Positions 26,539 to 36,122 are shown, counted from the first letter of the stretch. The stretch is 61,330 nt of DNA from an uncultured Actinomycetota bacterium (GCA_964433685.1 CAYSTY010000001.1:1-61330), one strand, 5' to 3'. Notes: a model not told the origin generated them from the letters alone. Numbers and translations are program-made.

Positions 26539-27122
26539 CGCTGACCGGATCGGTCGTCGACACGCTCCTGCGGATGCGCGGCGTGTGGCACGACACGCTG
26601 CACGCGTTCTGCCTCGACGGCACGCCGATGGAGGACGACCGGCACGGCAGCGTCCGTGGCGCCTACCCGTACGACAACCTGGTGTACGTCGACTTCGACG
26701 GGCAGCGTTACCGTCAGACCAACGTCACCTTCCGCGGTCGACCGGTGCGCACCCGGACCTTCGAGGCCGAGATCCGCGACGGGTGCCTCCGGTTCGCCTC
26801 GCTCGGTCCCGACGATCCCGGCCACGTGGGGGTCAGCGCCGGTCCGGGACGCCTCATGTTCGTACCCGACAGCACCGACCACCCCGGTCTCGCCCGCTAC
26901 AGCGAACCCGACTTCGTCGAGCTGACCGGACCCGGGACCCGTCAGCGCACGACCGTCCTGTACCGCGGCGGTCGTGTCGTCCGCACCCTCGCGGTGAGCG
27001 GTGTCCGCCTCGCCGCCACGGCCGACCGTCGTCTCGCCGACGATCCCCGCGGACCCGACGGGCCGGTCCACGAACCGACCCGATCGGTCACCCACGCCTT
27101 CACCGGAGCCAGCGATGCCTGA
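26535..27122 (+). CDS. Hypothetical protein, possible calycin/lipocalin-like beta-barrel
   Basis: ATGA-coupled ORF; early G.W motif (RGVWH) and alternating beta-strand pattern. The fold is an inference. Confidence 0.65.
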   Translation: MTLTGSVVDTLLRMRGVWHDTLHAFCLDGTPMEDDRHGSVRGAYPYDNLVYVDFDGQRYRQTNVTFRGRPVRTRTFEAEIRDGCLRFASLGPDDPGHVGVSAGPGRLMFVPDSTDHPGLARYSEPDFVELTGPGTRQRTTVLYRGGRVVRTLAVSGVRLAATADRRLADDPRGPDGPVHEPTRSVTHAFTGASDA

Positions 27123-28581
27123 CACGTCGTTCGACTCGAGCCTGCCAGCGCTGCGCGAGTACGTCGCGGGCGAGCTCCGCGAGGTCCCTGCCGAGGCGGT
27201 GTGGCTGCACGACCCCAACACCGGCGCCCCGCAGCAACCGATGGGCACCTCCACCGACGACAGCGTCGAGGAAGCCCTCGCGACCGCCGACCGCGTCCAC
27301 CGCGAGGGCACCTGGTCGCAGCTGCCGGCCGAGGAACGGGCGGACTGGCTCGACCGGCTCGCCGACGCGGTCGCGAACCGGGCGGACGAGTCGGCCCGGC
27401 TCGAGTCGTTGACCACCGGCGCGACGATCACGATGACCTCGATGCTGTCGTTCATCACCCACGCGGCGTTCCGTCTGGCCGCCGGGGTGCTGCGCGACGG
27501 GTACGACCGCCGCGTCGTCCCCGGGGACACGGGCAACCCCGTCGAGGTCCTCCGGCTGCCGTGGGGTCCGGCGGCGCTGCTGGTGCCGTGGAACGCGCCG
27601 GCACCGATGGCCGCGCACAAGGCGGCGTCGGCGTTGGCCGCGGGAGCGCCCGCCATCCTCAAGCCCTCCGAGTTCGCGCCGAACGGCAGCGTCGTGCTCG
27701 CCGAGGCGGCCGACGAGATCGGCCTGCCCGCCGGCGTGCTCCAGCTCGTCCACGGTGGGCCGCGGGTCGGGGGCCGGCTCGTGACCGACCCGCGGGTCCG
27801 CGCCGTGTCGTTCACCGGCGGGTTGCGCGGCGGACGTGCGATCGCGGCGGCCTGCGCCCCGGACTTCAAACCCACCCAGCTCGAGCTCGGGGGGAACAAC
27901 GCGATGGTGGTGCTCCCCGACGCGGACCTCGACGCGGCGGCGCTCGGGGTCGAGATGCTGCTCACCCAGCTCAACGGGCAGTGGTGCCGTGCGCTCGGCC
28001 GGTTGGTGGTCCACGAGGACGTCGCCGACGACCTGCTCGGCCGTGTGCTCGAACGTCTCGGGACGCTCGCCATCGGCCACAGCCTCTCCGACGCGACCAT
28101 GGGTCCGATGGTCAGCCGCGAGCACCGCGACAGCCTCGAACAGCGCATCCGGGCGCTCGAAGCGGCGGGTGGGACCGCCCATCGCACCTCGACGCTGCCC
28201 GAGCTCGACGGCGCGTTCCTCGCCCCCACGCTCGTGACCGGCGTCGCCTCCGAGGACGCCATCGACGAGATCTTCGGCCCGGTCGCCACGGTGCACACCT
28301 TCGGCAGCGACGACGACGCGGTCGCGCTCGCCAACGCCACCCCGTACGGGCTCGAGGGCTACGTGTTCGGCACCGACGAGGACCGCGCCGCGGCCGTCGC
28401 ACGACGGGTCCGGGCCGGCGGCGTGAAGATCAACGGCGCGACCGTCATGAGCCTGTCGCTGGCGGCGCCGCGCCCCGCCTGGGGATGGTCCGGGTTCGCC
28501 GACGAGGGCACCGTCGAGTCGATCGACGTGTTCGCCGGCACCCGCGTGGTAGGGGTCGAGGGGCCCCCGCCCGTCCACTGA
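27115..28581 (+). CDS. Aldehyde dehydrogenase
   Basis: VPWN, LKPSE, FTGG, LELGGN, NGQWC, EIFGP. Confidence 0.9.
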   Translation: MPDTSFDSSLPALREYVAGELREVPAEAVWLHDPNTGAPQQPMGTSTDDSVEEALATADRVHREGTWSQLPAEERADWLDRLADAVANRADESARLESLTTGATITMTSMLSFITHAAFRLAAGVLRDGYDRRVVPGDTGNPVEVLRLPWGPAALLVPWNAPAPMAAHKAASALAAGAPAILKPSEFAPNGSVVLAEAADEIGLPAGVLQLVHGGPRVGGRLVTDPRVRAVSFTGGLRGGRAIAAACAPDFKPTQLELGGNNAMVVLPDADLDAAALGVEMLLTQLNGQWCRALGRLVVHEDVADDLLGRVLERLGTLAIGHSLSDATMGPMVSREHRDSLEQRIRALEAAGGTAHRTSTLPELDGAFLAPTLVTGVASEDAIDEIFGPVATVHTFGSDDDAVALANATPYGLEGYVFGTDEDRAAAVARRVRAGGVKINGATVMSLSLAAPRPAWGWSGFADEGTVESIDVFAGTRVVGVEGPPPVH

Positions 28582-28619
28582 ACCTCGCCGCTGCCCGCGG
28601 CCGATCGAGGAGCACAACC

Positions 28620-29399
28620 GTGACCACCATCGCCTGGGACACCCCGCCCGGCCACGTCGGCGACGCGCTCGGGTGGCGCGCCAAGTTCGGCGTCATCGCG
28701 CCCTCGACCAACACGATCGTCGAGCCCGACTTCGCCGCCATGAGCGTCCCGGGGGTGACCTCGCACTTCTCACGGATCCACATCCGTGACATGAACATGG
28801 CCGACGACGCCGGGATGGAGCACCTGCTCGAACAGATCCGCGAGGAGATCGCGGCGTCGGTCGAACGGGTCATGACCGCCGAGCCCGACCACATGGTCAT
28901 GGGGATGTCGGCCGAGACGTTCTGGGGCGGCAAGCAGGGCAACCTCGAGTTCATCCAGCAGATCGAGGAGCTGTCCGGTCTGAAGGTCGCCACCGGCGCC
29001 GAGGCGTGCGAACGCGCGCTCGGCCTGTTCGGCGCGAAGCGCATCGGTGTCGTCACGCCCTACCAACCGGTCGGCGACGACAACGTCGTGCGCTTCTTCA
29101 GCGAGATCGGCTTCGAGGTCGTCGCGATCCGAGGCCTGAAGTGCCCGACCGCCGTGTCGATCGCGCACGTGTCCGAGGCCGAGCTGCGCGACGCCCTCCT
29201 CGAGGTGAACAGCGCCGACGTCGACGCCCTCGTCCAGTGCGGCACGAACCTGTCGATGGTGCGCCTCGCCGACGAGGCGGAGCGCTGGCTCGACAAACCC
29301 GTCCTGGCCATCAACGCCGCGACGTGGTGGATGGCGCTGCGCGACCGTGGCATCGAGGACCGCGTCTACGGCGCAGGTCGCCTGCTGCGCGAGTTCTGA
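28620..29399 (+). CDS. Maleate cis-trans isomerase / arylmalonate decarboxylase (Asp/Glu racemase family)
   Basis: GWRAKFGVIAPSTNTIVEPDF, IGVVTPY, QCGTNL, KPVLAIN, G.GRLL. Confidence 0.85.
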   Translation: MTTIAWDTPPGHVGDALGWRAKFGVIAPSTNTIVEPDFAAMSVPGVTSHFSRIHIRDMNMADDAGMEHLLEQIREEIAASVERVMTAEPDHMVMGMSAETFWGGKQGNLEFIQQIEELSGLKVATGAEACERALGLFGAKRIGVVTPYQPVGDDNVVRFFSEIGFEVVAIRGLKCPTAVSIAHVSEAELRDALLEVNSADVDALVQCGTNLSMVRLADEAERWLDKPVLAINAATWWMALRDRGIEDRVYGAGRLLREF

Positions 29400-29400
29400 G

Positions 29401-31575
29401 GTGACCGCTCCCCTGGTCGAACCGGAGGCGGTCGAGGACGACGCGGTCGAGGTCCTCGTCGGCCGTCCCCCCGTCCGGCTCGACCGCCGATCCGACGCGC
29501 CGCTCGGGTGGTGGCCGGCGATCGTGATGCTGCTGGTCTCGTTCGTCGACCGCGTCGAGACCCAACTCATCGCGGGGGCGCTCCCCCAGATCCAGGCGGA
29601 GTTCGGCTTCTCCGACACGTGGGGTGGCGCCATCCCCACGTCGGCGGCGCTCGCCGGTGTGCTCCTCGTCCTGCCCGCGGGCTACCTCGCCGACCGGGCC
29701 AACCGGACGCGTCTGCTGACCATCGTCGTCGCGTCCTGGTCGGTCATCACCCTCGGTAGCGCGCTCGCTCCCACGTTCGCGATCCTGTTCGCCACGCGGG
29801 TGCTGCTCGGCACCGCCGACCAGATCGACACGCCGGCGTCCTCGAGCCTGCTCGGGGACTACTACCCCGTCCGGGCCCGCAGCCGCGCCTACGCCATCCA
29901 ACGGGTGGGCTACTTCCTCGGGCTCCCGACCGGGGTGCTCCTCGGCGGCGTGTTCGCCGAGCACTGGGGCTGGCGCTCGGCGTTCCTGTTCATCATCGTG
30001 CCGGGCACGCTCGTGGCCTTCCTCTGTTACCGGCTGCCGGAGCCGGTCCGCGGGGCGCTCGAGCGGGCCTACGGCGACGACACCGCGGTGGTCGAGGCGG
30101 ACGAGAACCCGATCGGTCGCACCGGGCTGCGAGAACTGGTCGGCACGTTCGGCAGCGTCTGGGCCATCCCGACCGTCCGTGGCCTCTGCCTCGGCGTCCC
30201 GATCCTGTTCCTCGCCCTCGGCGGGTTGTTCTACTGGCTGCCGTCGTTCTTCGAACGCACCCACGCGCTCGGGGAGAGCGCCGCAGCCGGGATCACCGCG
30301 GGGGCCGGCGGCATGGGCGTCCTCGTCGGCATGGGTTTCGGCGCCTGGCTCGGCGACCGCAACCCGCGCCAGCGCCTGACCATCGGCGCGGTCGCGATGC
30401 TCCTCGGGACCGGTGCGTTCGCGCTGGCGCTGGTCATGGAGAGCCTGCTCGCACACACCATCGTGTTCAACCTCGTCACGATCCTGGTCGCCGTGCCGAT
30501 CCCGAACCTGACCGCGGCGTTCGCGGACGTCGTGCCGAACGACCGGCGGGGGGCGAGCTTCGCGCTGCTGCAGTTCACCACCGGCATCGGTGGCGCGTTC
30601 GGCCCGCTGCTGATCGGGATCGCCTCCGACGTGACCGGGTCGTTGCGGCTCGGGTTGTCCTCGCTCGTCGTACCGCTGGTGATCGGGAGCGTCATGGTGC
30701 TCAGGACGGGACGTCGCGCCGCGGCCGAACCGGTCCGGTCGGACAAGATCGTGGTGGTCACCGGCTCGAGCCGAGGTATCGGTCTGGGGCTCGCACGCGA
30801 GCTGGCCGACCGTGGGGCCCGGCTGGTGGTCTGCGGACGTGACGCCGCCACCGTGGACACCGCGGTCGCGGACATCGCGGCACGGACCAGCCCCGACCAG
30901 GTCACCGGGACGGCGTGCGACGTGACCGACCCCGCGAGCGTGCAGGCGCTCTGGGACCACGCGGTCGACCGCTTCGGTCGCGTCGACATCTGGATCAACA
31001 ACGCCGGTTCGACCGCGAGCCCGGTCCAGCTCGCCGACGTGCCCGCCGCACAGCTCGACCGGGTGGTGGCGACCAACGTCCTCGGTGCGCTGTACGGCTG
31101 CCGCGTCGCTGCGGCGGGCATGCGCACCCAGCGGGGCAAGGGGATGATCTACAACGTCGAGGGGCTCGGTTCCAAGGGCGAGGTGCAGCAGGGGATGGTC
31201 GCCTACGGCGCCACCAAGGCCGCCGTCGGCTACCTCCTCGACGCCCTGCGCAAGGACCTCAAGGCCGAAGGTGTCCGCGTCGGCGCGATCCGTCCGGGCA
31301 TCAACGTCACCGAGCACCTGCTGTACGACGCGCACCTGCTCACCCCCGAACGGTGGGCGCAGACGCGCAAGGTGATGAACATCCTCGGCGACCTGCCGGA
31401 GACCACCACGCCGTGGCTCGCGGACCGCATCCTGACCACCGACCGCGACGGCGCACGCATCGCCTGGCTGTCGACGACACGGGCGTCGTGGCGCTTCATG
31501 GCCGCACCGTTCAACAGGGGACGGGACGTGTTCGCCGAGGCCGGGGTCCGCGACCCGCACGAGGACGACCGGTGA
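29401..31575 (+). CDS. MFS transporter fused to a NOL-like SDR
   Basis: About 12 TM helices with GYLADRANR motif, then VTGSSRGIG, WINNAG, YNVEGLGS, YGATK, in a single frame. Confidence 0.8.
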   Translation: MTAPLVEPEAVEDDAVEVLVGRPPVRLDRRSDAPLGWWPAIVMLLVSFVDRVETQLIAGALPQIQAEFGFSDTWGGAIPTSAALAGVLLVLPAGYLADRANRTRLLTIVVASWSVITLGSALAPTFAILFATRVLLGTADQIDTPASSSLLGDYYPVRARSRAYAIQRVGYFLGLPTGVLLGGVFAEHWGWRSAFLFIIVPGTLVAFLCYRLPEPVRGALERAYGDDTAVVEADENPIGRTGLRELVGTFGSVWAIPTVRGLCLGVPILFLALGGLFYWLPSFFERTHALGESAAAGITAGAGGMGVLVGMGFGAWLGDRNPRQRLTIGAVAMLLGTGAFALALVMESLLAHTIVFNLVTILVAVPIPNLTAAFADVVPNDRRGASFALLQFTTGIGGAFGPLLIGIASDVTGSLRLGLSSLVVPLVIGSVMVLRTGRRAAAEPVRSDKIVVVTGSSRGIGLGLARELADRGARLVVCGRDAATVDTAVADIAARTSPDQVTGTACDVTDPASVQALWDHAVDRFGRVDIWINNAGSTASPVQLADVPAAQLDRVVATNVLGALYGCRVAAAGMRTQRGKGMIYNVEGLGSKGEVQQGMVAYGATKAAVGYLLDALRKDLKAEGVRVGAIRPGINVTEHLLYDAHLLTPERWAQTRKVMNILGDLPETTTPWLADRILTTDRDGARIAWLSTTRASWRFMAAPFNRGRDVFAEAGVRDPHEDDR

Positions 31576-31991
31576 TCGCCGTCGAGGTCGACCCCACCGC
31601 GCTGGCGCGCGTCGCCGAGGTGGCGCGGCGCTACCTGCCGGCCTTCCTCGCCGGGGAGCGGGCGGACGCCGACCTGTACGCCGACGGCGCGGTGACGTGG
31701 CACGCCGCGACGGGTACGCGCACGCCGATCGACCCGTCGGTGCCCTCGCAGGGGCGACTGCGTGAGCACGTCCCGGACCTGCGGCACGAGGACGTGCGGG
31801 TCCACGTCCACGCGGCCGGTTTCACCGTCCAGGCCGCCGTCGTGGGCACGGTCCTCGGGACCCAGGTGCGCGTGGAGACCGCGCTGTTCGTGGCCGTCGA
31901 GGACGGACGGATCACCGGCTTCGAGGAGTACGCCGACCGCCGGCAGGCCGCCCCCTTCCTCGCCGCCTTCGGGACCGAGACGCCCGCCTGA
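31572..31991 (+). CDS. SnoaL/NTF2-like protein
   Basis: GTGA-coupled; LYADGAVTWH..., VEDGRITGFEEYAD. Confidence 0.75.
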   Translation: MIAVEVDPTALARVAEVARRYLPAFLAGERADADLYADGAVTWHAATGTRTPIDPSVPSQGRLREHVPDLRHEDVRVHVHAAGFTVQAAVVGTVLGTQVRVETALFVAVEDGRITGFEEYADRRQAAPFLAAFGTETPA

Positions 31992-32096
31992 CCGTTCGCC
32001 GCTGCGCCGACTTCTGGGACCCCTCCCAGGAACCGTCACCACAGGCTGGCGGTCCCTCGTCCGCGGAACGTGCCCTTCGGCCGGCAGGCTGTGTCC

Positions 32097-32590
32097 ATGG
32101 ACACCACGAGGAACCAACTCAGCCACGGCGGCGGCGACCCCAGCGGTGACGCCGCTCCCCCACGGACACGCGGCCGACTCGACTGGCCCGAGTCGTTGCT
32201 GACCGACATCGACGCGCAGCGCCGCATCGTCGCCCGCATCCAGCTCCTGACCGCCTTCGGGGAGCACGTCGTGGACGACCTCGTGCGGGCGAACGCGTTC
32301 GAGCGCCTCGAACGGGGCGTGTACCGGGCGGTCGGTGGCCCCGTCGCGGAGCCGTTCGGACCGTCGGTCCGCTCGATGCGCTGATCGACAGCGCGCCGTA
32401 CGCCCACCGGATCGGGGGCGATCGCGTCATCCGGGTCGCGTGGGACCACCTGCGGTGGCAGCTCGACCAGCGCGCCGACCGACTCGAACGACGTCTCGAC
32501 CAGCTCCGCGGCCACAGCCCGGGCGCGGACGCGCTCGAGTCGATCCTCGAGGTCGCAGGTGGGGCACTGCCGGAGAGCGAGGTGCGACCG
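32097..32590 (+). pseudogene. Fragmented AbiEi-N/DUF559-type protein remnant
   Basis: QRRIVARIQL..VRANAFERLERGVYR (32097-32384), then in a different frame LIDSA...PGADALESIL...PESE; no intact C-terminus. Confidence 0.4.
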
Positions 32591-32592
32591 GG

Positions 32593-33408
32593 TCAGCGTT
32601 CGATGCGGACCCCGCCGGGGAGCACCTCGGGGCGGTGGGCGTCGGACCCGAACCCCAGCGCGTGGATGCCGCCGGTGAGCGGGCCGGTGGCGGCCGGCTC
32701 CGGCGCCCGGGGGGCGGGGTGGCCGGGGAACTCGCACAGCTCGACCCGGATGGGGGTCTGGTCGGCGTCCACCATGAGGTTCATCACCAGCTCGGTGTCC
32801 TCGGACGGTAGGCCGACGATCCGGGCGAGCTCGGGGTGGCGGATCGGGAACACGTGCGCCTGTTCGAGCCCGGTCGCCGCCTGCACCGCGGGTGCCGCCG
32901 CCGCGATCGACGGGACGGTCCAGAGCACGGAGTGGACCTCGGAGTGGAGGCGGTCCGGATCGTCGTCGAGGACCGACGGACGACGACGGTTGGCCTCGAC
33001 CAGCACGAGGCGCCAGCCGTCGGGCGCGGTGATCTCGCACTGGCGCATCACCAGCGGACCGAGCTCCAGCGTGCCGGCGTAGCCGTGCTCGACCCCCGCG
33101 GCGCGGAGGCGCGCCAGGCTCGCATCCAGATCGGCGGTGTAGAGGTCTACCGCCAGGGCGCCGAGGTCGGTCGCCGACCGGGCCGGAGCCGTGTGCGGCG
33201 TCGCCACGACCAGGACCTCGCCCCGGGAGGCACCGGGTGCGTGGAGGCGGTACCACGCCGTCGGCGCGTCCAGGCCGAACCGGGTGGCGGCCTGCTCGGC
33301 GGAGAACCAGCCGCGCTCGGCCTCGACGAGGTCGACGAGGTGCAGCAGGTCGACGGTCGCCTGCGGGTCGGTGGCGCCGATGACGACGTGGGTCGGGGCA
33401 GCGGTCAC
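32593..33408 (-). CDS. VOC/glyoxalase family protein (two domains)
   Basis: THVVIG.TD, DLYTADLD, APDGWRLVLVE, HSVLWTV, RVELCEF; GTGA-coupled to the nitrilase. Confidence 0.7.
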   Translation of the reverse strand: MTAAPTHVVIGATDPQATVDLLHLVDLVEAERGWFSAEQAATRFGLDAPTAWYRLHAPGASRGEVLVVATPHTAPARSATDLGALAVDLYTADLDASLARLRAAGVEHGYAGTLELGPLVMRQCEITAPDGWRLVLVEANRRRPSVLDDDPDRLHSEVHSVLWTVPSIAAAAPAVQAATGLEQAHVFPIRHPELARIVGLPSEDTELVMNLMVDADQTPIRVELCEFPGHPAPRAPEPAATGPLTGGIHALGFGSDAHRPEVLPGGVRIER

Positions 33409-35102
33409 GGCGTGGCCTCCAGGAGCGGTTCGAGCAGACGCCACGGACGCGAGGCGACGACGTCGGTCGCGCGGGTGAGGATGCGGTTGGCGGCGTTCGC
33501 GGGGTGGATGGTCGCCGTCGTCACGCCCGGCGTGTCCGCGGCCCGGGTGACGCGAGGTTGGCTGATCGTCCCGTCGAACGCGCGCTCCTCCCACACCGTC
33601 CAGAGGGTGAAGTCGCGCTCCAACGTCGCGATGATCGAGGTCCCGGGCGCGTTCGGACGGGTCGCGGCGACGACGCACAACCGGTTCTCGGCGGAGCGTT
33701 CCACGAGGCCGAGGTCGGTCTCCCAGGCCTCGACCGCGTCGAACGGGACGGCCAGGACGTCCACCTCGTCGAGCGCGGCCAGGCGCGCGACCTCGGGGAA
33801 GAGGTGGTCGTCACCGACCACGACGGCGAGCCTGCCCCACGGCGTGGTGACCGGTTCCACGCGATCACCGAGCGTCGTGACCCAGGCGCGTCGGCCGCTG
33901 GCGTGGAGCTGGGGTTGGCGCGCGACCACCCCCTCGGCGGTCACCACGACCCCCTCGTGGCGGGTCTCGCCCTCCTCATCCACGACGACGCTGGTCACGA
34001 CGGTGGCGGCGGTACCCCCGAGCACGTCGGTCAGCGCCGTGACGAGGTCGTGGCCGGTCCGAGCGGCGTCCGCGACATCGACGACCGCACCGCCGAACAC
34101 CCCGGCGAGCTCCGGCAGGACGAGCAGGTCGGCGCCGTCGGCGGCGGCAGCGGCCACCATCCGGGCGAGCGCCGGCACCTCGCCGTCGTCCTGCACCACC
34201 CCGGCGACGATGGCGTCCGCGCCCGCGGGGGCGCCGCGCGGCGCCGCGGCGCCACCGAGCGGTCCGTACAGGCTCGGGCGACGGGCGGCCAGCACGTCGG
34301 TGCCGTCAGGACGTCGCTTGTCGGCAGCCAGCGCCGGGTCGATGTCGGCGACCACGACGGCCTCACCCCGCGGCGGTGCGATGGCGAGCACCTTCCCGGT
34401 CGGCGCGACGATCTGGCTCTCCCCGGCGCCTTCGAGCGCTTCCACGGGGATACCGAGCTTCCCGGCGACCTCACGAGCGGCGTGCTCGGGGACGAGCGGA
34501 CCGACCTTGTTGGCCGCCACCACGAAGACGCGGTTCTCGACCGCGCGGACCGGCACGTGGAGCGTCGCTTCGTCGGCGGCGAACGAGTTCAGGGAGTTGC
34601 ACAGCACCTGCGCACCCTGGACCGCGAGCAGTCGCGGCGTCTCGAAGATCACCCCGTCCATGCACGAGTAGGACCCGACGCGTCCGAAGGGCGTGTCGAT
34701 CACGGGCGACGGTGTGATCGACGGCGACAGGTGGAGGCTCTCCCCGCCCATCAGCACCTGCTTGTCCGAGACCCCCGCGAGCGTCCCGTCGGGGGCGTAC
34801 AGCAGGTTGCTGCCGTGCAGCGTGACCCCGTCGTCGGCGACGCGGGTGACGTTGCAGGCCAGCCAGATGCCGTGGGCACGCGCCCGATCGGCGAGCCCGT
34901 CCAACCAGTCGTCACCGAGCCGCACCGCCACGGCGCGCGCGTGATCGCCGTCGTCGTACCACGAGGGGTGGTTGCAGAACTCGGGCAGCACCACCAGCGC
35001 CGCACCCTCGGTGGCCGCCCGGTCGGTCATGCGCCGGGCGGTGGCGAGGTTGGCCTCCCGGTCGGTGCCGACCGCGAACTGTGCTGCTGCGACCCGGACC
35101 AC
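33405..35102 (-). CDS. Tandem two-domain carbon-nitrogen hydrolase (nitrilase superfamily)
   Basis: GTG 35102 with AGGAG RBS; domain 1 has LPEF / DK / SCMD; domain 2 has LPEL but QLH and VGDD. Confidence 0.85.
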   Translation of the reverse strand: MVRVAAAQFAVGTDREANLATARRMTDRAATEGAALVVLPEFCNHPSWYDDGDHARAVAVRLGDDWLDGLADRARAHGIWLACNVTRVADDGVTLHGSNLLYAPDGTLAGVSDKQVLMGGESLHLSPSITPSPVIDTPFGRVGSYSCMDGVIFETPRLLAVQGAQVLCNSLNSFAADEATLHVPVRAVENRVFVVAANKVGPLVPEHAAREVAGKLGIPVEALEGAGESQIVAPTGKVLAIAPPRGEAVVVADIDPALAADKRRPDGTDVLAARRPSLYGPLGGAAAPRGAPAGADAIVAGVVQDDGEVPALARMVAAAAADGADLLVLPELAGVFGGAVVDVADAARTGHDLVTALTDVLGGTAATVVTSVVVDEEGETRHEGVVVTAEGVVARQPQLHASGRRAWVTTLGDRVEPVTTPWGRLAVVVGDDHLFPEVARLAALDEVDVLAVPFDAVEAWETDLGLVERSAENRLCVVAATRPNAPGTSIIATLERDFTLWTVWEERAFDGTISQPRVTRAADTPGVTTATIHPANAANRILTRATDVVASRPWRLLEPLLEATP

Positions 35103-35127
35103 GCTTGCTCCTACCCGCTCCGCCGTG

Positions 35128-35200
35128 TTGTATACATCTAAGCAGAAGAACATCCGGATGCGCCGCAAGTAGCCGGCACGCCCACCAGCTTCGTATACAC
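35128..35200. promoter_or_regulatory. Two GntR-type boxes (TTGTATACAT 35128-35137; TCGTATACAC 35191-35200)
   Basis: Divergent promoter region of the nitrilase and the HMGL-gntR operon, consistent with autoregulation. Confidence 0.7.
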
Positions 35201-35222
35201 CTGTCGCCGTCAGGAGGATCGC

Positions 35223-36122
35223 GTGCGAGCCGAGATCGTCGAGGTGTCCCCCCGTGACGGGCTCCAGAACGAGCCGGTGATCCTGCCGACCCGCGACAAG
35301 GTCGAGCTCATCGAGCGCGCGGTCGCCGCCGGTGCCCGCCGCATCGAGGCGACCTCGTTCGTGAACCCCGAGCGGGTCCCCCAGATGGCGGACGCCGCCG
35401 AGGTGATGGCGGCGGTCCCCCGCGAGGACGGCGTGTCGTACATCGGGCTGGCGCTCAACGCCCGTGGCGTGGATCGCGCGCTGGAGGCCGGGTGCGACGA
35501 GGTCAACGTCGTGGTCGTCGCCAGCGACACCTTCAACCGCCGGAACCAAGGGGTCGCCACCCTCGCGAGCCTGGCCGCGTTCGAGACCCTCGCCGGCACG
35601 ATCCGCGACGCCGGCCGTCGCGCGTCGCTGACCATCGCGGCCAGCTTCGGGTGCCCGTTCGAGGGCGAGGTGGCCGTCGGACGCGTGGTCGACATCGCCG
35701 CCCGCGGCGTCGCCGCGGGTGCGGACGAGGTGGCGCTGGCCGACACGATCGGGGTGGCGGTGCCGGCCGACGTCACCGCGCGGGTCGCCGCCGTCCGCGA
35801 GGTGACCGGCGGGGTGCCACTGCGGTTGCACCTGCACGACACCAGGCACACCGGCATCGCCAACGCGTACGCCGCGTTGCAGGCCGGCGTGCGCGTGCTC
35901 GATGCGTCCATCGGCGGTATCGGCGGGTGCCCGTTCGCCCCGGCCGCCACCGGCAACATCGCCACCGAGGACCTGCTCTACCTGCTCGACCGTTCCGGCA
36001 TCGAGCACGGCTGGTCGCTCCCGACGGTCGCAGCCGCCGTGCCGTGGCTCGAGGAACGCCTAGGTTCCCCCGTCCCCGGGATGGCCGCGAAGGCCGGTCC
36101 GTTCCCGGCGCCCGCCGCCTGA
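35223..36122 (+). CDS. Hydroxymethylglutaryl-CoA lyase family (HMGL/citramalyl-CoA lyase-like)
   Basis: EVSPRDGLQNE, TSFV, FGCPFEG, LADTIG, HLHDT, GGCPFAPAATGNIATED. Confidence 0.92.
   Translation: MRAEIVEVSPRDGLQNEPVILPTRDKVELIERAVAAGARRIEATSFVNPERVPQMADAAEVMAAVPREDGVSYIGLALNARGVDRALEAGCDEVNVVVVASDTFNRRNQGVATLASLAAFETLAGTIRDAGRRASLTIAASFGCPFEGEVAVGRVVDIAARGVAAGADEVALADTIGVAVPADVTARVAAVREVTGGVPLRLHLHDTRHTGIANAYAALQAGVRVLDASIGGIGGCPFAPAATGNIATEDLLYLLDRSGIEHGWSLPTVAAAVPWLEERLGSPVPGMAAKAGPFPAPAA

Noticed and set aside
32051-32069. Possible tenth operator (..GTCCC..GGAAC)
   Set aside because: Only a half-site with wrong spacing and no GGAAC-N3-GTTCC core.
33405-36008. Long N-terminal extensions in the ORF track (867-aa nitrilase, 891-aa MDR, 834-aa ligase, 732-aa isomerase and others)
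   Set aside because: They overlap neighbouring genes; RBS and start/stop coupling support the shorter starts used here.
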